From assembly GCA_030704615.1 (NCBI GenBank), contig CM060731.1:51708001-51772000 (forward strand): a DNA stretch of 64,000 nucleotides, in the 5' to 3' direction. The stretch comes from Takakia lepidozioides. Its lineage: Eukaryota; Plantae; Bryophyta. Positions within the stretch are counted from its first letter, which is position 1, and each line of letters starts with the position of its first letter. Shown here in pieces: positions 24,701-37,528 of this stretch. The position numbers were made by a program, and so were the translations under genes. The notes beneath the pieces were generated by a model. That model was given only the letters and a program-made list of their open reading frames with translations. It was not told where the DNA came from and did not search any database.

Positions 24701-27331
24701 GCTGTCTCGCCCCTGTACACCAACATGAGCTGCTGCTTTCTACTTAAAGCATCGGCCACCACATTGTCTCGTCCCGAACACCGCCAAAATGTCTTGCCAC
24801 CTAAGTTGTTTTGGGGACAACTTAGGTTGCGGGACAAAGTACTTCACCGTGACATTGTTCGTGAACACCTTCACCGGGTTGGAACCAACATAGTGGCGCC
24901 AAAGCTCAAGGCAATGCACCACCGCCTTCATTTATTTCTCGTGCGTAGGCCACCTTCGCTCTACTTCATTCAGTTTCTTACTTTCGTAAGCCACTGGACA
25001 TCTATCCTGCATGAGCACATCCCCTATTGCGAAGTCCGACGCATCCGTATGAATCTCAAATGGACGGTCGAACTCCGGGATTTTGAGGACTAGATCTTCC
25101 GCCATCCGCTGCTTCAACTCGGCAAAAGCTTGGCCACAAAAGGTGTTCCATACCCAAACTTTGGATTTACACAAAAGGTCTGATAGCGGCCCCGCGATCT
25201 TGGTGAAATTTCTCACATACTTCCGGTAATAGAAGGTGAGTTCTAGGAAGGATCGCACTCCCGGGACCGAAGTCGGAGGCTCCCAATCCAAGATCGCCCT
25301 CACCTTTCTGTCATCCATTTTGATCCCATCATGTGTAAATCAAGGCCTTGCACGATGCACGCTTTGGGGTGCTTACATTTGGCCAAATGTAAAGCTGCAA
25401 TATGGCTTGCCTTGCCCAAGAAGTTTACGTGGTGGCATGCCCGAAGTGTAATTAATTACAGGCTGATCCTTCCAGTTGTTTGTGTGAACACTCCCTTAAT
25501 GTGTTGAAGGGCAGGTTGTTCTTACCTACATTGCATAATGCTTGTCTTGGATCACCTCAAGATACTTGTGTATACATATTTTGGATCTGTAATGTGGCAA
25601 GATGTTCTTATATGCCCATGATATCTTGCATGGTGCCTATCTTATGGATAACTATGGATGATGTAATCTGAGGCTGCATTGTTGGCAGGATTTACCAAGC
25701 ATGGGTGTGGTAGGAATGCTTTGGAGACCTATAAGCAACTGCTGGCGAAGGGGTGAAACCCAGCCACATCACGTTTGTTTGTGTTTGAAATGCGTGTGCA
25801 AGCTTGGGAGCTCTGGAAAAGGGGAAAGAGGTCCATGGTGACATCATCAAAGCTGGATTTGTACCAGATGTCATTATGAACACTGCCCTGGTGGACTTGT
25901 ATGTCAAATGTGGGTGCAGCAAGCTTGATGCGAAAGGAGAGTTCGACAATATGGCTGAACGAGATGTGGTGTTTTGGAGTGCCATGATTGTAAGGTATGT
26001 GCAGCATGGGTATGGGATTAAGGCTTTGGAAACCTAAGAGCAAATGATGTGGGAAGGGATGAAGCCAGACCAGGTCATGCTCATTTGTGTTTATAATATG
26101 CATATGCAAGCTTAGCAGCCCTGGGAATGGTCAAAGAGGTTCATGGTGACATTATCAAATTATATTGTGCAAGAGGGTCACTTGGGTACATGACAAGAAT
26201 CTGATTATGAACATACCCCGCCCTCCCACCCTGTTTTATCATGACTGAATGGGCGGCGTCACTTGGTGTGCTATGACAAGACTGGAATTGCTAGATGGTG
26301 CCGTGTCATGGGCTGTTTATATCTTTAATTGACAATGACCCTAGTTGGTCTTGTCCATGTCTTGACATGACATGAATATCTTCCCACTCTTCCTGTTCCA
26401 GTGTACTTAGTGGTTTTTGTACACACTATCTACTGTCTTCCCTTCTTGTTATTGCCTCACCATTGTGACTTACTGACAAGTTGCTTGGATGGCCTGGCAG
26501 AAAGCCAACAAGGCCATATCTGAGTGGAAAGATGAGCTTAAGGCCCTTGAATATCAGCTGCCCCTGCCCCCTCCTATTCCAGCAGTGCAAGCCACATTTG
26601 CACAAGTCAAATCAGGTGAATTTCATGCTGTTGTACAAAAGCTGGAATCTGGAGCTATTGAAGATGCCGGTGAATATCAACCGAAATAGGGGCCAGCAGA
26701 TTGATATTGGCCAATGGATGCCACATCATATGGTCATTATTGACAACCTCAAGCTCAACTGCCCTAAGGGGTAACCAAGGGACGAATTGCTGGTTACCTG
26801 GTGTAGCCCCAACAACCCGATCCTGTTCCACTTGAGAAAGCACGACCCGATCAAAAAAGTAGAATGAAGTCGCAGTCAGTCTTGTCATGCCCAAAGTGAT
26901 CACTTGGTTGTATGTTTGGAGTTTGATTTGCTGCAGACTGGGCCAGCAAGAGTCCTGTGTACACAGGTCCTGAATCTGAACAATGACAGGCTGATCTTAC
27001 CTACCTAACATGCCCCAGGAACTCCACTTTTGTGACCCCGAATTCGCACTTTGAAGCTTTGGCATACAACTTTCCTTCCCGCAACTTCTGGAACATCATT
27101 TTGAGGTGCTCCAAGTGCTCTTCCTTTGTTTTCGAGTACACCAAGATATCGTCGATTTACACGATCACAAAGTCATCCAACCACTCCTGGAAAAGGCTGT
27201 TCATTAGCGTGCTAAAGGTCGCGGGTGCGTTGGTGAGCCCAAAAGGCATCACCAAGAACTCATATGAACCATATCTTGTCCTGCACGCAGTCTTTTCCTC
27301 ATCTCTTTCCGCCACTCGGATTTGATGGTAG
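21722..27331 (-). mobile_element. Second Ty3/gypsy chromovirus (Galadriel-like), 5'-truncated, with RT interrupted by a 1.67 kb insert
   Basis: [40 protein letters not shown] (27006-27331), RNase H EIHTDASDFAIG, integrase CTTCQQ/SIDFIT/SDRDPKF, and GPF plus partial chromodomain EPEYEVEA. A putative 3' LTR starts TGATGC at 21722; its inner end is uncertain (22728 or 23270). Confidence 0.88.
25640..26160 (+). pseudogene. PLS-type PPR gene fragment with stops
   Basis: GVKP..ITFVCV*NACASLGALEKGKEVHGDIIKAGF..DV...TALVDLYVKCG...FDNMAERDVVFWSAMI..Y.QHG, with in-frame stops and frameshifts. Confidence 0.85.
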
Positions 27332-28874
27332 CTGTGAATTGAAATCGTTCACTGGTCCATTCACAGACAATCTAACAGGGCTCGCCAGATCGTTCATTAT
27401 CGATCTAACTCAAAAATTTCAGGAAAACTCGTATATTACAATTTACAATGGAAAGTCCTTGTCCTTACTATGCACTCTCTACCAGAAGCATAAATAGAGA
27501 AGAGAAATGCAGCCAAAATTAGCTGTTCTCCACTACACAATTAAGCTAGTAAAATGGGATGAACATGAAATTGGGTGAACATGCATGAAACTATTCATCC
27601 AGGGAATTTCATTCAGTACTAATACGAACAGGATATTCCAATCACACTTGTCTCGATCTAATTCGGAGTATAATCGCAAGTACCGGTGCTAAGCATCAAA
27701 ACCCATTGCATAGTCCCGCCTTAGAAAAGAAGTTCAAAAGAACTGGAATCGGGATGCATGTGCGACATGTGACAGTAGAGTATTCCGGTTCCGACATGTC
27801 AAATCTTCCCCACCCCTCTTGAGAGTTACACATATGGGGTGACATGTGACATCTTCAGGAGTGACATGGAATGGGGTGATTGATACACCCACTTATTGTC
27901 ATGAAATTTGTACCCCACAGATACCAACCAACCGACCACATCCGGGGTGACACAGGTATCCATCCAGCTTACATACCACGTGGCGTTCAATAAAGACGTG
28001 TCACGTGTCAGTTTACCCTGGCATGGGCCAAGTGGCAGCCGTTTGTGGGCGTTTCGGTAGCCGAGGCCTGGACGTGGCCAAGGCTTGGCTTTGGGGGCTC
28101 TGATTGAGAGAGGGAGAGAGAGAAGAGTTGTGTTGAGCTCTAGCTCCTGAGGTTTCAATTGGGAAATCCAGCTTATTTTCTGTGGTTTCCAGGACCGAGT
28201 CGGACAGTTTAGAATGTGGTCCGGGTAGACCTTAATACCCACGTTCTACAAGAAATAGCTTAATACAGGTGAGATTCTTTGGAGGTCTCAAGATTGGAGT
28301 CATAATCTGATTGAACGTTGTGACGGTACCCGCTTGATTCTGGTCAGCAGTTTACCCGCGCGCAGAGGGAAAGAAGACTCTGAGATAGAGGGACCCTCTT
28401 ACTCCTCTAAGATTCAGGTACCACGAATTCTGGGAGATTTGGCAGGAATATTCATCCATCTGGTTGAGTGCAGTACTGTTTTGGAGAACAGCATTGGAGA
28501 TGAATGGGTTTTGGCGGAGACTGTTACTGACTGGGTGATAGGTACGGTCATTGGAACTCCCACTCTAAAAACAATAGGATAAGATTTTATTCACAGATAA
28601 AATTGGACCTGACAATATAAGAGCTCACAGAGATCTGCCAAGGGTTAGACGGTGCTTAGCGATCTAAGTTTGTAAACTCAACACACCTTCTTCAGCGGTC
28701 ATTCATCGCCTGCTTACTATTTTATTGAACAATATCGGAAATTCTCCTAGCACTGTTTGGAATTTGGATCAAGCTCATTTGAGCGGTTCAGACCAAGAAC
28801 TTCTAGCCTCTTTCTTTCTTCAAGATCCAGGATCAGCTGCAATCTACCAGAACTGAAACCATTTGAGGAGGAAG

Positions 28875-31800
28875 ATGAAAGGGTCCTCGATCTTGACCAA
28901 ATTGGCTGCTGCTGTACTCCACAACGGTTTGACACCAGTAACTCCCATAGGATTCACCCGAACAGCCAAGATCCCATCAAGGGAAAATGGCAGGTGGGGT
29001 GGTGTATGGATGCCGCGAAGTTACTCATCTGAAGGACTGATTAAAGAGAACACCGAAACAGAGGAACAGAAGGAGAGTATTTGTGTAGAGATTCCAGTGG
29101 GGTACCACTTACATCTGTTGAGCACCGGCCCACCACAGAAGACCTACACAAGCAAAGAGGAACTCATGCAGATGTACAGAGAAATGGGTATCATGCGCAG
29201 GATGGAAATCACAGCTGACATGGTTGGTCTTTCTCCACTTTTAATTCTTTCTACTGGAATTTTTGTTCACCTCTCGTAGTTCCTTTGGATCTCCATATGT
29301 ATGACTTTAACCAAACACCATCCTACTGGTGATTAATAGTATTTTTTGTCCGGGCGATGCAGTTGTTCAAGTCTCAGTTAATCCGGGGCTTCTGCCACCT
29401 CTACGACGGCCAAGAAGCTGTGTCAGTGGGTATGGAGGCAGCGCTGAACTTTGAGGACACAGTGATCACCGCATATCGGGACCATGGGATCTACATGGGG
29501 AGGGGAGGATCTTTGTTTGTGAGTGACAACTCAGTACTCAAGCCTTCCTGTTGAGATGGAACAAGTTCTCACTTCCCAGAATGCAAGTAAAGAGATTGTG
29601 CTTGCAAATTGCTCTGAAAAGGATTTTTTGGAGAGAGGAATTTTCATATAACCCATATCTATGTTGGTACACAGGAAATGTTCTCTGAGGTGATGGGCAA
29701 GAGGACGGGGTGTGCCCTGGGAAAGGGAGGCTCTATGCATCTCTATAAGAGAGAGCATAATTACTGGGGCGGATGGGGCATAGTAGGAACATCGCCCCCC
29801 CTTGGAACTGGGCTTGCATTTGCCCACAAGTACCTGAAGAAAAGCAATGTGGTGGTTGCTATCTATGGTGATGGCGCTGCCAATCAGGTTCTCTTTCTGC
29901 CTCCTTCCTTATTCAAGGATTTGGCCTAGGTGTTTCTCTTTGAAGACTGAGGGCAGGAATTTTGGGTCATCCCCCATTCTAGATCCAAAACCAGAGTAAG
30001 AGGATCTCAGGTGTTATGGGATAAAAACGTTTGGGCACACCCACTATTGCCTTCCATGGTGGCTTTTACTGAGGGGTTTTTGCAATTCTTTAATGAACTC
30101 GCGCGTCAGCCACCCAGGTTCAGTGCACTCGAATTAGAGAGTGGGCAGAAATTGTATACTGGTTGCCGCTCGAATGTTAGTCTGAGGTTTAAAGCTTGGA
30201 TGTGTGTGTCACCTGGGAGAGCAGGGTCAATTGTATGAAGCTCAGAACATGGCAGCCTTATGGGATTTGCCTATCATCCTTCTTATCGAGAACAATCACG
30301 TAAGCAATTTATCTACTTAACTACCAGTTTGTGTATATTTAATCTGCAATGTGCATTTTTAACTCTTGTTGAAAGGAGATACATATACATATATACACAC
30401 ACATATATGACACCAGCCGGAGTTAGCATAAACAAGCCTCTTTGCCTTGCGGGTCCTGCCACCTTTCAGGGATGGGCCCTATCAACATGTTGAAAAGATG
30501 AATATAGGGGGAGTGCAAATTGTTTGAAGTTTATAGTTCAATTTCCTTTAACATGAATACCTCTAGTTGCAGTCGACCTTTTGATGTAGCTGGACTGCTT
30601 TCGGTATGGTACGTGATGTCTATCCTGCCAAATGTGCATTGGTAAATAGCCTAGGGCAATGTGGATGCTTCTATGTCAGTGATTTCACAAGAAGAATATA
30701 TAGGAATTTGGCGTGAGGACTATTCTGAGTGAAAGGGGTGAATGGGATGGTGAGCAGTTTGGAATGGGGACAGCTGAGTCTCGAGCGTCAAAGAAGACTA
30801 CTTACTATGATCGCATCTCCTACATTCCAGGAATCAAGGTCAGCTACCAAGTTGCTGGTCAAGAGTACTAATCTCCTAAAAACATGCCTCTTCAGCAGGA
30901 GATGTAATTTGGAATGCAAAGTGAAATTGATTTCAGTTAGGGAGGTCCTTCCAGTAACCTTCTTGATTCAAAGACATCAGACTGTACCTCTGGATTTCAA
31001 AGCTGCTTCAACAAGGAAAGGAAGAGCTTCTCACGGAGTAGTAGTTCAATTTCTTTTTTAAGTTGCTCTCAAAACTGTCATGACCTTAGTGCATACAAGT
31101 GGACGTCAATTGTTTGGGGCGATATTCCATGCCATTTTCTCTCCTGCAAGTAGCTGATGTAATGAGCTCCAACTTGGTGATTACACAGGCCGATGGAATG
31201 GACGTGTTTGCAATCAGGGAAGCATTTCGGTTTTGCAAAGACCATTGCCTCTCAGGGAAGGTAAGTTGAGGATTAGGCCTTTTCTACTTCACTTACCATG
31301 CCAATTAGGTCAGCCCAACTCGCTTTTACCTGACTTGTTTGTTGACTGTGCGTGAGCTCTATGGAAAATTAAATTTGTCTTTGCTTGGTGAGTTTGAACC
31401 CGATGACCAACACCACAAGGATTGATATACTGGGTAACAGTGCCAACAAGGTTATATTATGACCAACGGTCCAGTGGAACAGCTTGTGAGTATATATCCT
31501 AAAAGCATGTTATAGACAGCATGGGAAGAGTCACTGAGCGCTTGCATGTGTAAAGAGCAAGGGGGAAGATGTGGATTGTGTTTTGTGCATATGCAAGGTG
31601 ACAGCAAACCAGAAATTCCGTGGAATTGTAGGCTTACATCACATGTGGCAGGGGCCAATAATGCTGGAGGCCGACACATACAGATACCATGGCCATAGCA
31701 TGTCGGATCCCGGGAGTAGCTACCGTACCCGTGATGAAATTAAAGGTGTGCGGCAGGAGCGTGACCCAATTGAGCATGTGCGAAAAATCATTCTAAAGGT

Positions 31801-32403
31801 TCGAGCCCCTATATGTTCTGCCCCACTTCTTTTTGAAAAGTTGGGAGTTACAGGTGTTTGAAACATGCGTTACAGTAGTGATAGACACCAATGGAAGCAT
31901 CAAGAGCACTGATGTTGAGTACTGACGTTGTAAAATTGACCCATTTTTACTAGTGCAGATCTTCAACTTCCTTTGTGACAAGTTCCCATGGACAGATGGC
32001 CTGAACACAGCAACTTGATTGTAAATAGCACTGTGCTCAGAGCCGTTGTTTCTATTAATAATTCTCAGTCTAGCAGCCTTCTGTTGCAAAAGACAAAGCT
32101 GCAGCCTTACCACAACATAACTGAGATGCCCGTGGATATTTCTTATAGGCGTAATTCTCTCGGTACCTCATTGCATACTATAACACAGTTCGTAGTCTGG
32201 GATTACAGGAGGAGTTAGCGACACCCGACGAGCTGAAGGACATAGACAAGCAGATCCGGCATGAAGTCGAGGAGGCAGTTGCGCAGGCACGTGAAGCCTC
32301 TCAGCCTGGAGAAGAGGAACTTTTTGCAAACATATACAAGAACGATTCAGGTCTTGTCGCCTACGGGTCTGACAGAAGACACACTAGAGTCCAAATGCCC
32401 TAG
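28875..32403 (+). CDS. PDH-E1a: Pyruvate dehydrogenase E1 alpha subunit, mitochondrial-type
   Basis: Exons ~28875-29222, 29363-29518, 29675-29887, 30225-30299, 30758-30838, 31189-31260, 31652-31798 and 32209-32403. Motifs [23 protein letters not shown] motif GDGAANQGQ..ENNH, and [13 protein letters not shown]. Basic N-terminal presequence. Confidence 0.95.
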
Positions 32404-33647
32404 ATCAGCGACTTGAGATGGCACACCCCCGTTTCTCTCGATCATTTTAGTTCGCATTGTAAAGCGCCAGGCTGCAACTTTGGTGAAGCAGATTGAACAC
32501 TAAAAACTCTCGATCTCATTAAACTTGTCATTTGTGATTCTATTATAGTGATATCACAGGGAAAGGCGCTTTGGGCGAGAGACGACAGATTTAGATCTGC
32601 TAAGAAGTCTCATACTCATCACCGTTTGATTGGGCTTGGAAGGAAACATTGACACGAGCTTTTGAGGTTGTGTTTGTTGCGTGTAAACACAATGAATAAT
32701 GACATGGCACTAAATGTCTGCCTGGAACTTGTCAACCTCGTGATGAACTCCATCCTATAATAAGAAGACATGATCATCAATTAGAATGCCATGAGCAGGC
32801 CAACGCCCACCTCCATCACACACTGTAGAACTTAGCCATGACTGCATGTGCTTTCACTTGCTATTCCAGTTTATGTTATCAACCATTTTGTAGCTTTCTA
32901 CTCATGCAACTGTGATTCATTAGTACTGTAGCTTTGGAGGTTTGCTTGAAATTAGGAGGTGGGGGCACTTTGTGACTTTGAAAGGAGTGAGTAGGTGACG
33001 CAACAGTTATGCGTTGGAGGCAAAGCAGTGCCAACGTGCGATGGTTGCTAGGCTTTGACTGTCGGAGGGGCTCTGGCCGCCCAGCCGGCCGTTGGCTGCT
33101 CCGCCCACCAGACCACCATGGCTTCTAAGCTGCACTTCGCAGTTTTGCTCAAGCAGTTGTTGCGTACTATGCTCGATTACTTTTGTGGGTTGTCTCAAAA
33201 TCAAGAGCGATCTTCGCCCTGTGCTGCGATTCTGGTTCCTCTTTGCGAGCTCGATCAATCAATGCCTGGTTGCAAACTCAAGGAAGATTGAAACAGCTGC
33301 AGAATACTCAATGGCTACAGACGGTGTGGCATGCTTCTTATGATGTATTTCTTATTTGTGCGTGCGTCTGTGTGTGTGTGTGTGTGGAATCATCTGCTGC
33401 TACTTCCGCTTTCCTAGGCATATTTTCCTTTGTCACTGACAAAATTTGTAGATCTCTTGCTTGTAGCGCACCAGGCTTCATATAGTTTCTGGAGGTTGAT
33501 AGAACACCGTGCCTGCAAGGAAGAAGGAATGGTGCTGTTGTTGGCCAGCTGCCTCCTTCCAGGGAAGAGGGATTGGGGCTGTTGGAAAGCTCCGCCCAAA
33601 ACCCTGGCTGAGAAGCGGCCGATTAACTGACGCTGATTTTTGTTGCA

Positions 33648-35888
33648 GTGCAAGTGGGCAAGTGGGTGCATGCCGACATCAACGACGCTGGATTCAAGTC
33701 AGATGTCCCCATAGCCACTGCTCTTGGCATACATGCCAAATCGAGGAGTGTGAAGCTGGATGCTCGATATGTGTATGGCAGAATCTCTGAACGATATGTG
33801 GTCACACGGACCGCGATGATTGCAGCATTTGCCGAAGAAGAGCTGCGTGAAGAAGCATTTGAAGTCGTTCAGCAAATTGGGAAGACGGCCGAAAAGCCAG
33901 AGAAGGTCACCTTCATTATCATCCTCAAGACATGTACCAGCCCATCAGCTCTGAAAGACGGCAAGCAAATCCATGCTCGCATTAGAAAAGCTGGGTTCGA
34001 TTCAGATGTCGTCGTGGGGACCGCCCTTGTAAGCATGTATTGCAAGTGTGAAAGTTTGTTGGATGCACGTCATGTGTTCAACAGACTGTCTATAAAGAAT
34101 GTGGTCTCATGGACTGCAATGATTGCAGGATATGCCAAGCATGGTCGCCGTAAGGATGCGTTTGAACTCTATCGGCAAATGGAGAAAGAAGGTGTGAAGC
34201 CAAACAAAGTCACCTTCATGAGCATCCTCAACGCCTTTGCCAATCCAGCTGCTCTGGAACAGGGAAAGCAGGTCCACGCCCAAATCATCAGAGCTGGATT
34301 TGAGTCAGATGTCCGTGTGGGAAATGCCCTCATCACAATGTATGGCAAGTGCGGGAGGGTGGTGGATGCTTGGAAAGTGTTTGACAAAATGCCTCAACGG
34401 GACGTTGTCTCATGGACGGCTATGATTTCAGCATTTGGTAAGCAAGGACATCATGAAGAGGCATGCAAACTCTATCGGCAAATACAACGAGGAGGTGTGA
34501 GGCCCAACAAGGTCACGTTCATTAGTGTCCTCTATTCTTGTGCCAGCCCTGAAGCTCTGGAACAAGGCAAGGAGGTTCATGCCCACATTATCAAGGCAGG
34601 ACTTGAATTGGATATCCATGTGGGAAATGCCCTTGTTAGCATGTATGCCAACTGTGGGAGTGTGGGGGAGTCACGCGATGTGTTCAACCAAATGCCTGAA
34701 CGGGATGTAGTCTCATGGGCTGCAATGATTGCAGGGTATGCTAAAAATGGTCACAGTGATGACGCGGTTGAAATCTTTCACAAAATGCAAGGAGGAGGCA
34801 TCAAGCCCAACAGAGCTGCGTTCCTGAGCACCCTTGCTGCATGCACCAGCCCAGAATATTTAGGACAGGGCAGGCAGGTTCATGCAAAGATCATCGAAGC
34901 TGGATTTGGGTCAGATATCCATGTGGGTAATGCCCTTGTTAGCATGTATTGCAGGTGCGGCAGTGTGGTAGATGCACGCCACGTGTTCAATCAAATGTCT
35001 GAACGAGATGTGGTCTCATGGACTGCGATGATTGCAGGATATGCTAACCATGGTCAGGGTGAGGAGGCATTTCAAGTCTTTCATCAAATGCAACAAGGAG
35101 CTGTAAAGCCAGATAAGATCACATTCCTGTGCATCCTCAACGCTTGTGCCAGCCCAGCCTTTCTGGGACAGGGTAAACAGGTTCATGCAAACATTATCAA
35201 AGCTGGATTTGTTGGCGATATTGACATTGGGAATGCTCTCATCAGCATGTATGCCAAATGCTGGAGTGTGGCAGATGCGCAATGTGTGTTCAACCTAATG
35301 CCTGAACGAGACGTGGTCTCTTGGACTGCTATGATTGCAGGATATGCCAAGCATGGTCACGTGGAGGAGGCATTTGAAGTCTTTCACCAAATGCAACGAG
35401 GAGGCATGAAGCCAAACAAGGTCACATTCATGAGCATCCTTGATGCATGCACCAGCCCAGCTACTCTTGGACACGGCAAGCAGATTCATGCAGACATCAT
35501 CAAAGCTGGATTTGAGTTGGATCTCCATGTTGGGACTACCCTTCTGAGCATGTTTGCCAGGTGCGGGAGTGTGATGAATGCCCGCCATGTGTTCAACCGA
35601 ATTCCTCGACGGGATGTAATCACGTGGAATGCCATGATTGCAGGATACTCCAAGCATGGTCATGGTGAGGACGCATTTGAACTCTTTCAGCAGATGGAAC
35701 AAGAAGGGGTTAAGCCAGACAAGGTCACCTTCTTGAACATGCTGAACACCTGTGCAAATCCAGTTGCTCTAGAAAGAGGAAAGCAGGTTCATGCCCGCAT
35801 CTTAAGAGCTGGATTAGCTTCAGATGCTCAAGTGGAGACCGCCCTTGTCAGCATGTATGAGAACTGTGTGAGTGTGCTGGATCAGTAG
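33648..35888 (+). CDS. PLS-class pentatricopeptide repeat protein (~7 P-L-S triplets) with no in-frame E/DYW domain; 5' exon(s) unresolved
   Basis: 746-aa ORF of repeating DVVSWTAMIAGYAKHG / PNKVTFMSILNAC / DVHVGNALVSMY.KCG units. A splice acceptor (ttgcag) lies at ~33648. Confidence 0.93.
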   Translation: MQVGKWVHADINDAGFKSDVPIATALGIHAKSRSVKLDARYVYGRISERYVVTRTAMIAAFAEEELREEAFEVVQQIGKTAEKPEKVTFIIILKTCTSPSALKDGKQIHARIRKAGFDSDVVVGTALVSMYCKCESLLDARHVFNRLSIKNVVSWTAMIAGYAKHGRRKDAFELYRQMEKEGVKPNKVTFMSILNAFANPAALEQGKQVHAQIIRAGFESDVRVGNALITMYGKCGRVVDAWKVFDKMPQRDVVSWTAMISAFGKQGHHEEACKLYRQIQRGGVRPNKVTFISVLYSCASPEALEQGKEVHAHIIKAGLELDIHVGNALVSMYANCGSVGESRDVFNQMPERDVVSWAAMIAGYAKNGHSDDAVEIFHKMQGGGIKPNRAAFLSTLAACTSPEYLGQGRQVHAKIIEAGFGSDIHVGNALVSMYCRCGSVVDARHVFNQMSERDVVSWTAMIAGYANHGQGEEAFQVFHQMQQGAVKPDKITFLCILNACASPAFLGQGKQVHANIIKAGFVGDIDIGNALISMYAKCWSVADAQCVFNLMPERDVVSWTAMIAGYAKHGHVEEAFEVFHQMQRGGMKPNKVTFMSILDACTSPATLGHGKQIHADIIKAGFELDLHVGTTLLSMFARCGSVMNARHVFNRIPRRDVITWNAMIAGYSKHGHGEDAFELFQQMEQEGVKPDKVTFLNMLNTCANPVALERGKQVHARILRAGLASDAQVETALVSMYENCVSVLDQ

Positions 35889-36700
35889 GAGTGTTAGACC
35901 ACATATCTGCCTATCTACGAAGATGATTGCAGAGTTTCCTCTGCAGGGGTATCAGAAGCAGCCCATCCAACTCTTTCAGCAGATGCAAAGGGCAACTCCA
36001 GAGGACCACCTTGACTAGTGTTCTGTCTGTGGGCAGCATGTGAATTAAGTCTATGACTCTGTTTGAACCATGTTCAGGGCTAAAGGCATCACACAAAGAG
36101 GGGACCATGGTGGACGCAGGGCGCTCAGTTGAAGCCCAGACTTCACCAGAAAATTGCCACCAAACAATTTGCTCAGGTGGAGGGCACATTGCCCGGTACC
36201 TACAGAAATCATGCCATGGGAAAGTGCCACAGATTCTTTTGCTCATGAGTTACAACTTCACTGGGCCGCAAGAGTAGGCGTGGTAATCGAACTTGTATAT
36301 GGGGATGTAAGAAAGATAGCAAAGCAGGGTTGAGCTGTCTCGCTCTAGACGACAAGTTTGGTTGGCAGTTTGGATAGTAGGTCAAGTGTAAGGAAATGAT
36401 GAAGGACAAAGCCTGAAAAGTAGCCAAAGTAAAGTTGGGGTGAGAGTCCTAAAAAATGGGATACACCCACAAACAGGCCAATCCCACTACCCTCATGGCA
36501 CTACCTGGCAGATGTATGTTGAGCTGGAATAACACAGGAGCGTGTGCTGTGCCTTTGCATAATTGAATCCACAGCAGAAGGACTGGGATTGCAGCTCTCA
36601 GCAGAAGCCAGTTGTTGCTTTCAAGCTACCATGAGACCTACTGACATGATCAATCTAATTCAGTTTGGGGGTACAAGGAAACTGTGTCACTGGATGTTCT
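35889..36700 (+). pseudogene. Decayed P2-L2-S2-E1-E2-DYW tail of the PPR gene
   Basis: Collinear relics after the stop: MIAEF..QGY..PIQLFQQMQ, TMVD.AGRSVEA, GTLPGTYRNH, SNLY, VRK.MMKDK, HPQT..QMYVELE, and LH..QQKD...QKPVVAFKL. Confidence 0.65.
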
Positions 36701-37528
36701 GAATCTACATTTTCCAAAACACGTGATAGTCCTATACAAAGCTTAATTGATGGGCACATGTAAGGATAAAGATGGAGACACCGGAAGAACCAGACTCCCA
36801 AGTGCGAGCTTTTGAACTTCGAAACCTTGTGACAGGAGTGGTGATCTGTCTCATTTGGGATTACATCTGACTTACCCCTTGTGCTGCAGTGGCAAATACC
36901 AGTCCTCTCCTCGGAGACCCTTGTTTGTCTGCCTCAGGGACTAGCTTGACATCTGCTAGATTGGGACAGCATGATCGCTCCCCTTTCCTGCTTTGGACTA
37001 GCTAGGTCTCAGCTGGCTCTTCGAACTTCTAGTGCCTCTTCATTTTCCTGTACTTGAGTTTCTCTCCCTACATTCCTACATTGAGTATTTATAGAAGGTG
37101 GAGAGGTAGCTTCGTTTTATTCTTAGTTATGGAGGTTTGTGACAATGTTCATAGCTGGCTATTTTTATAGTAGTGAACCTCCTGGCAATTCTGAAGCTTG
37201 CCCTCGAGGCTGGTTCCTGGATGCTACCCTATCATCTTGATGATTCTTTAATAGTCTTCAGTCATTTCCACGAAACCGTTTTTCATATGAACTGCAGGGC
37301 CTCCATACCCTTTTTAAGTCTATTAGAAAAGAAAAGAGTGTTCTCATTTTGGAAGCCCACATATGGCATTTGTTTCATTTTGTGCCTAAACTCGAGTAAA
37401 GAAGTCATGTATGTGTGCATGAACTACAAGACCAAGGAAAAACAAAAGGGGTGGCAAGGGTATTCCTCTCCCAACAGCTTTTCTTATGATAAATGTCTGC
37501 ATCACAAAATGCAGGTGTTTGAACAAAG

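Noticed and set aside
27770-28330. Solo LTR
   Set aside because: There are several TGTGAC/GTGACA motifs but no consistent ends or TSD.
36759-37144. Solo LTR (TGTAAGG...GTGACA)
   Set aside because: The flanks GCACA and ATGTT do not form a TSD.
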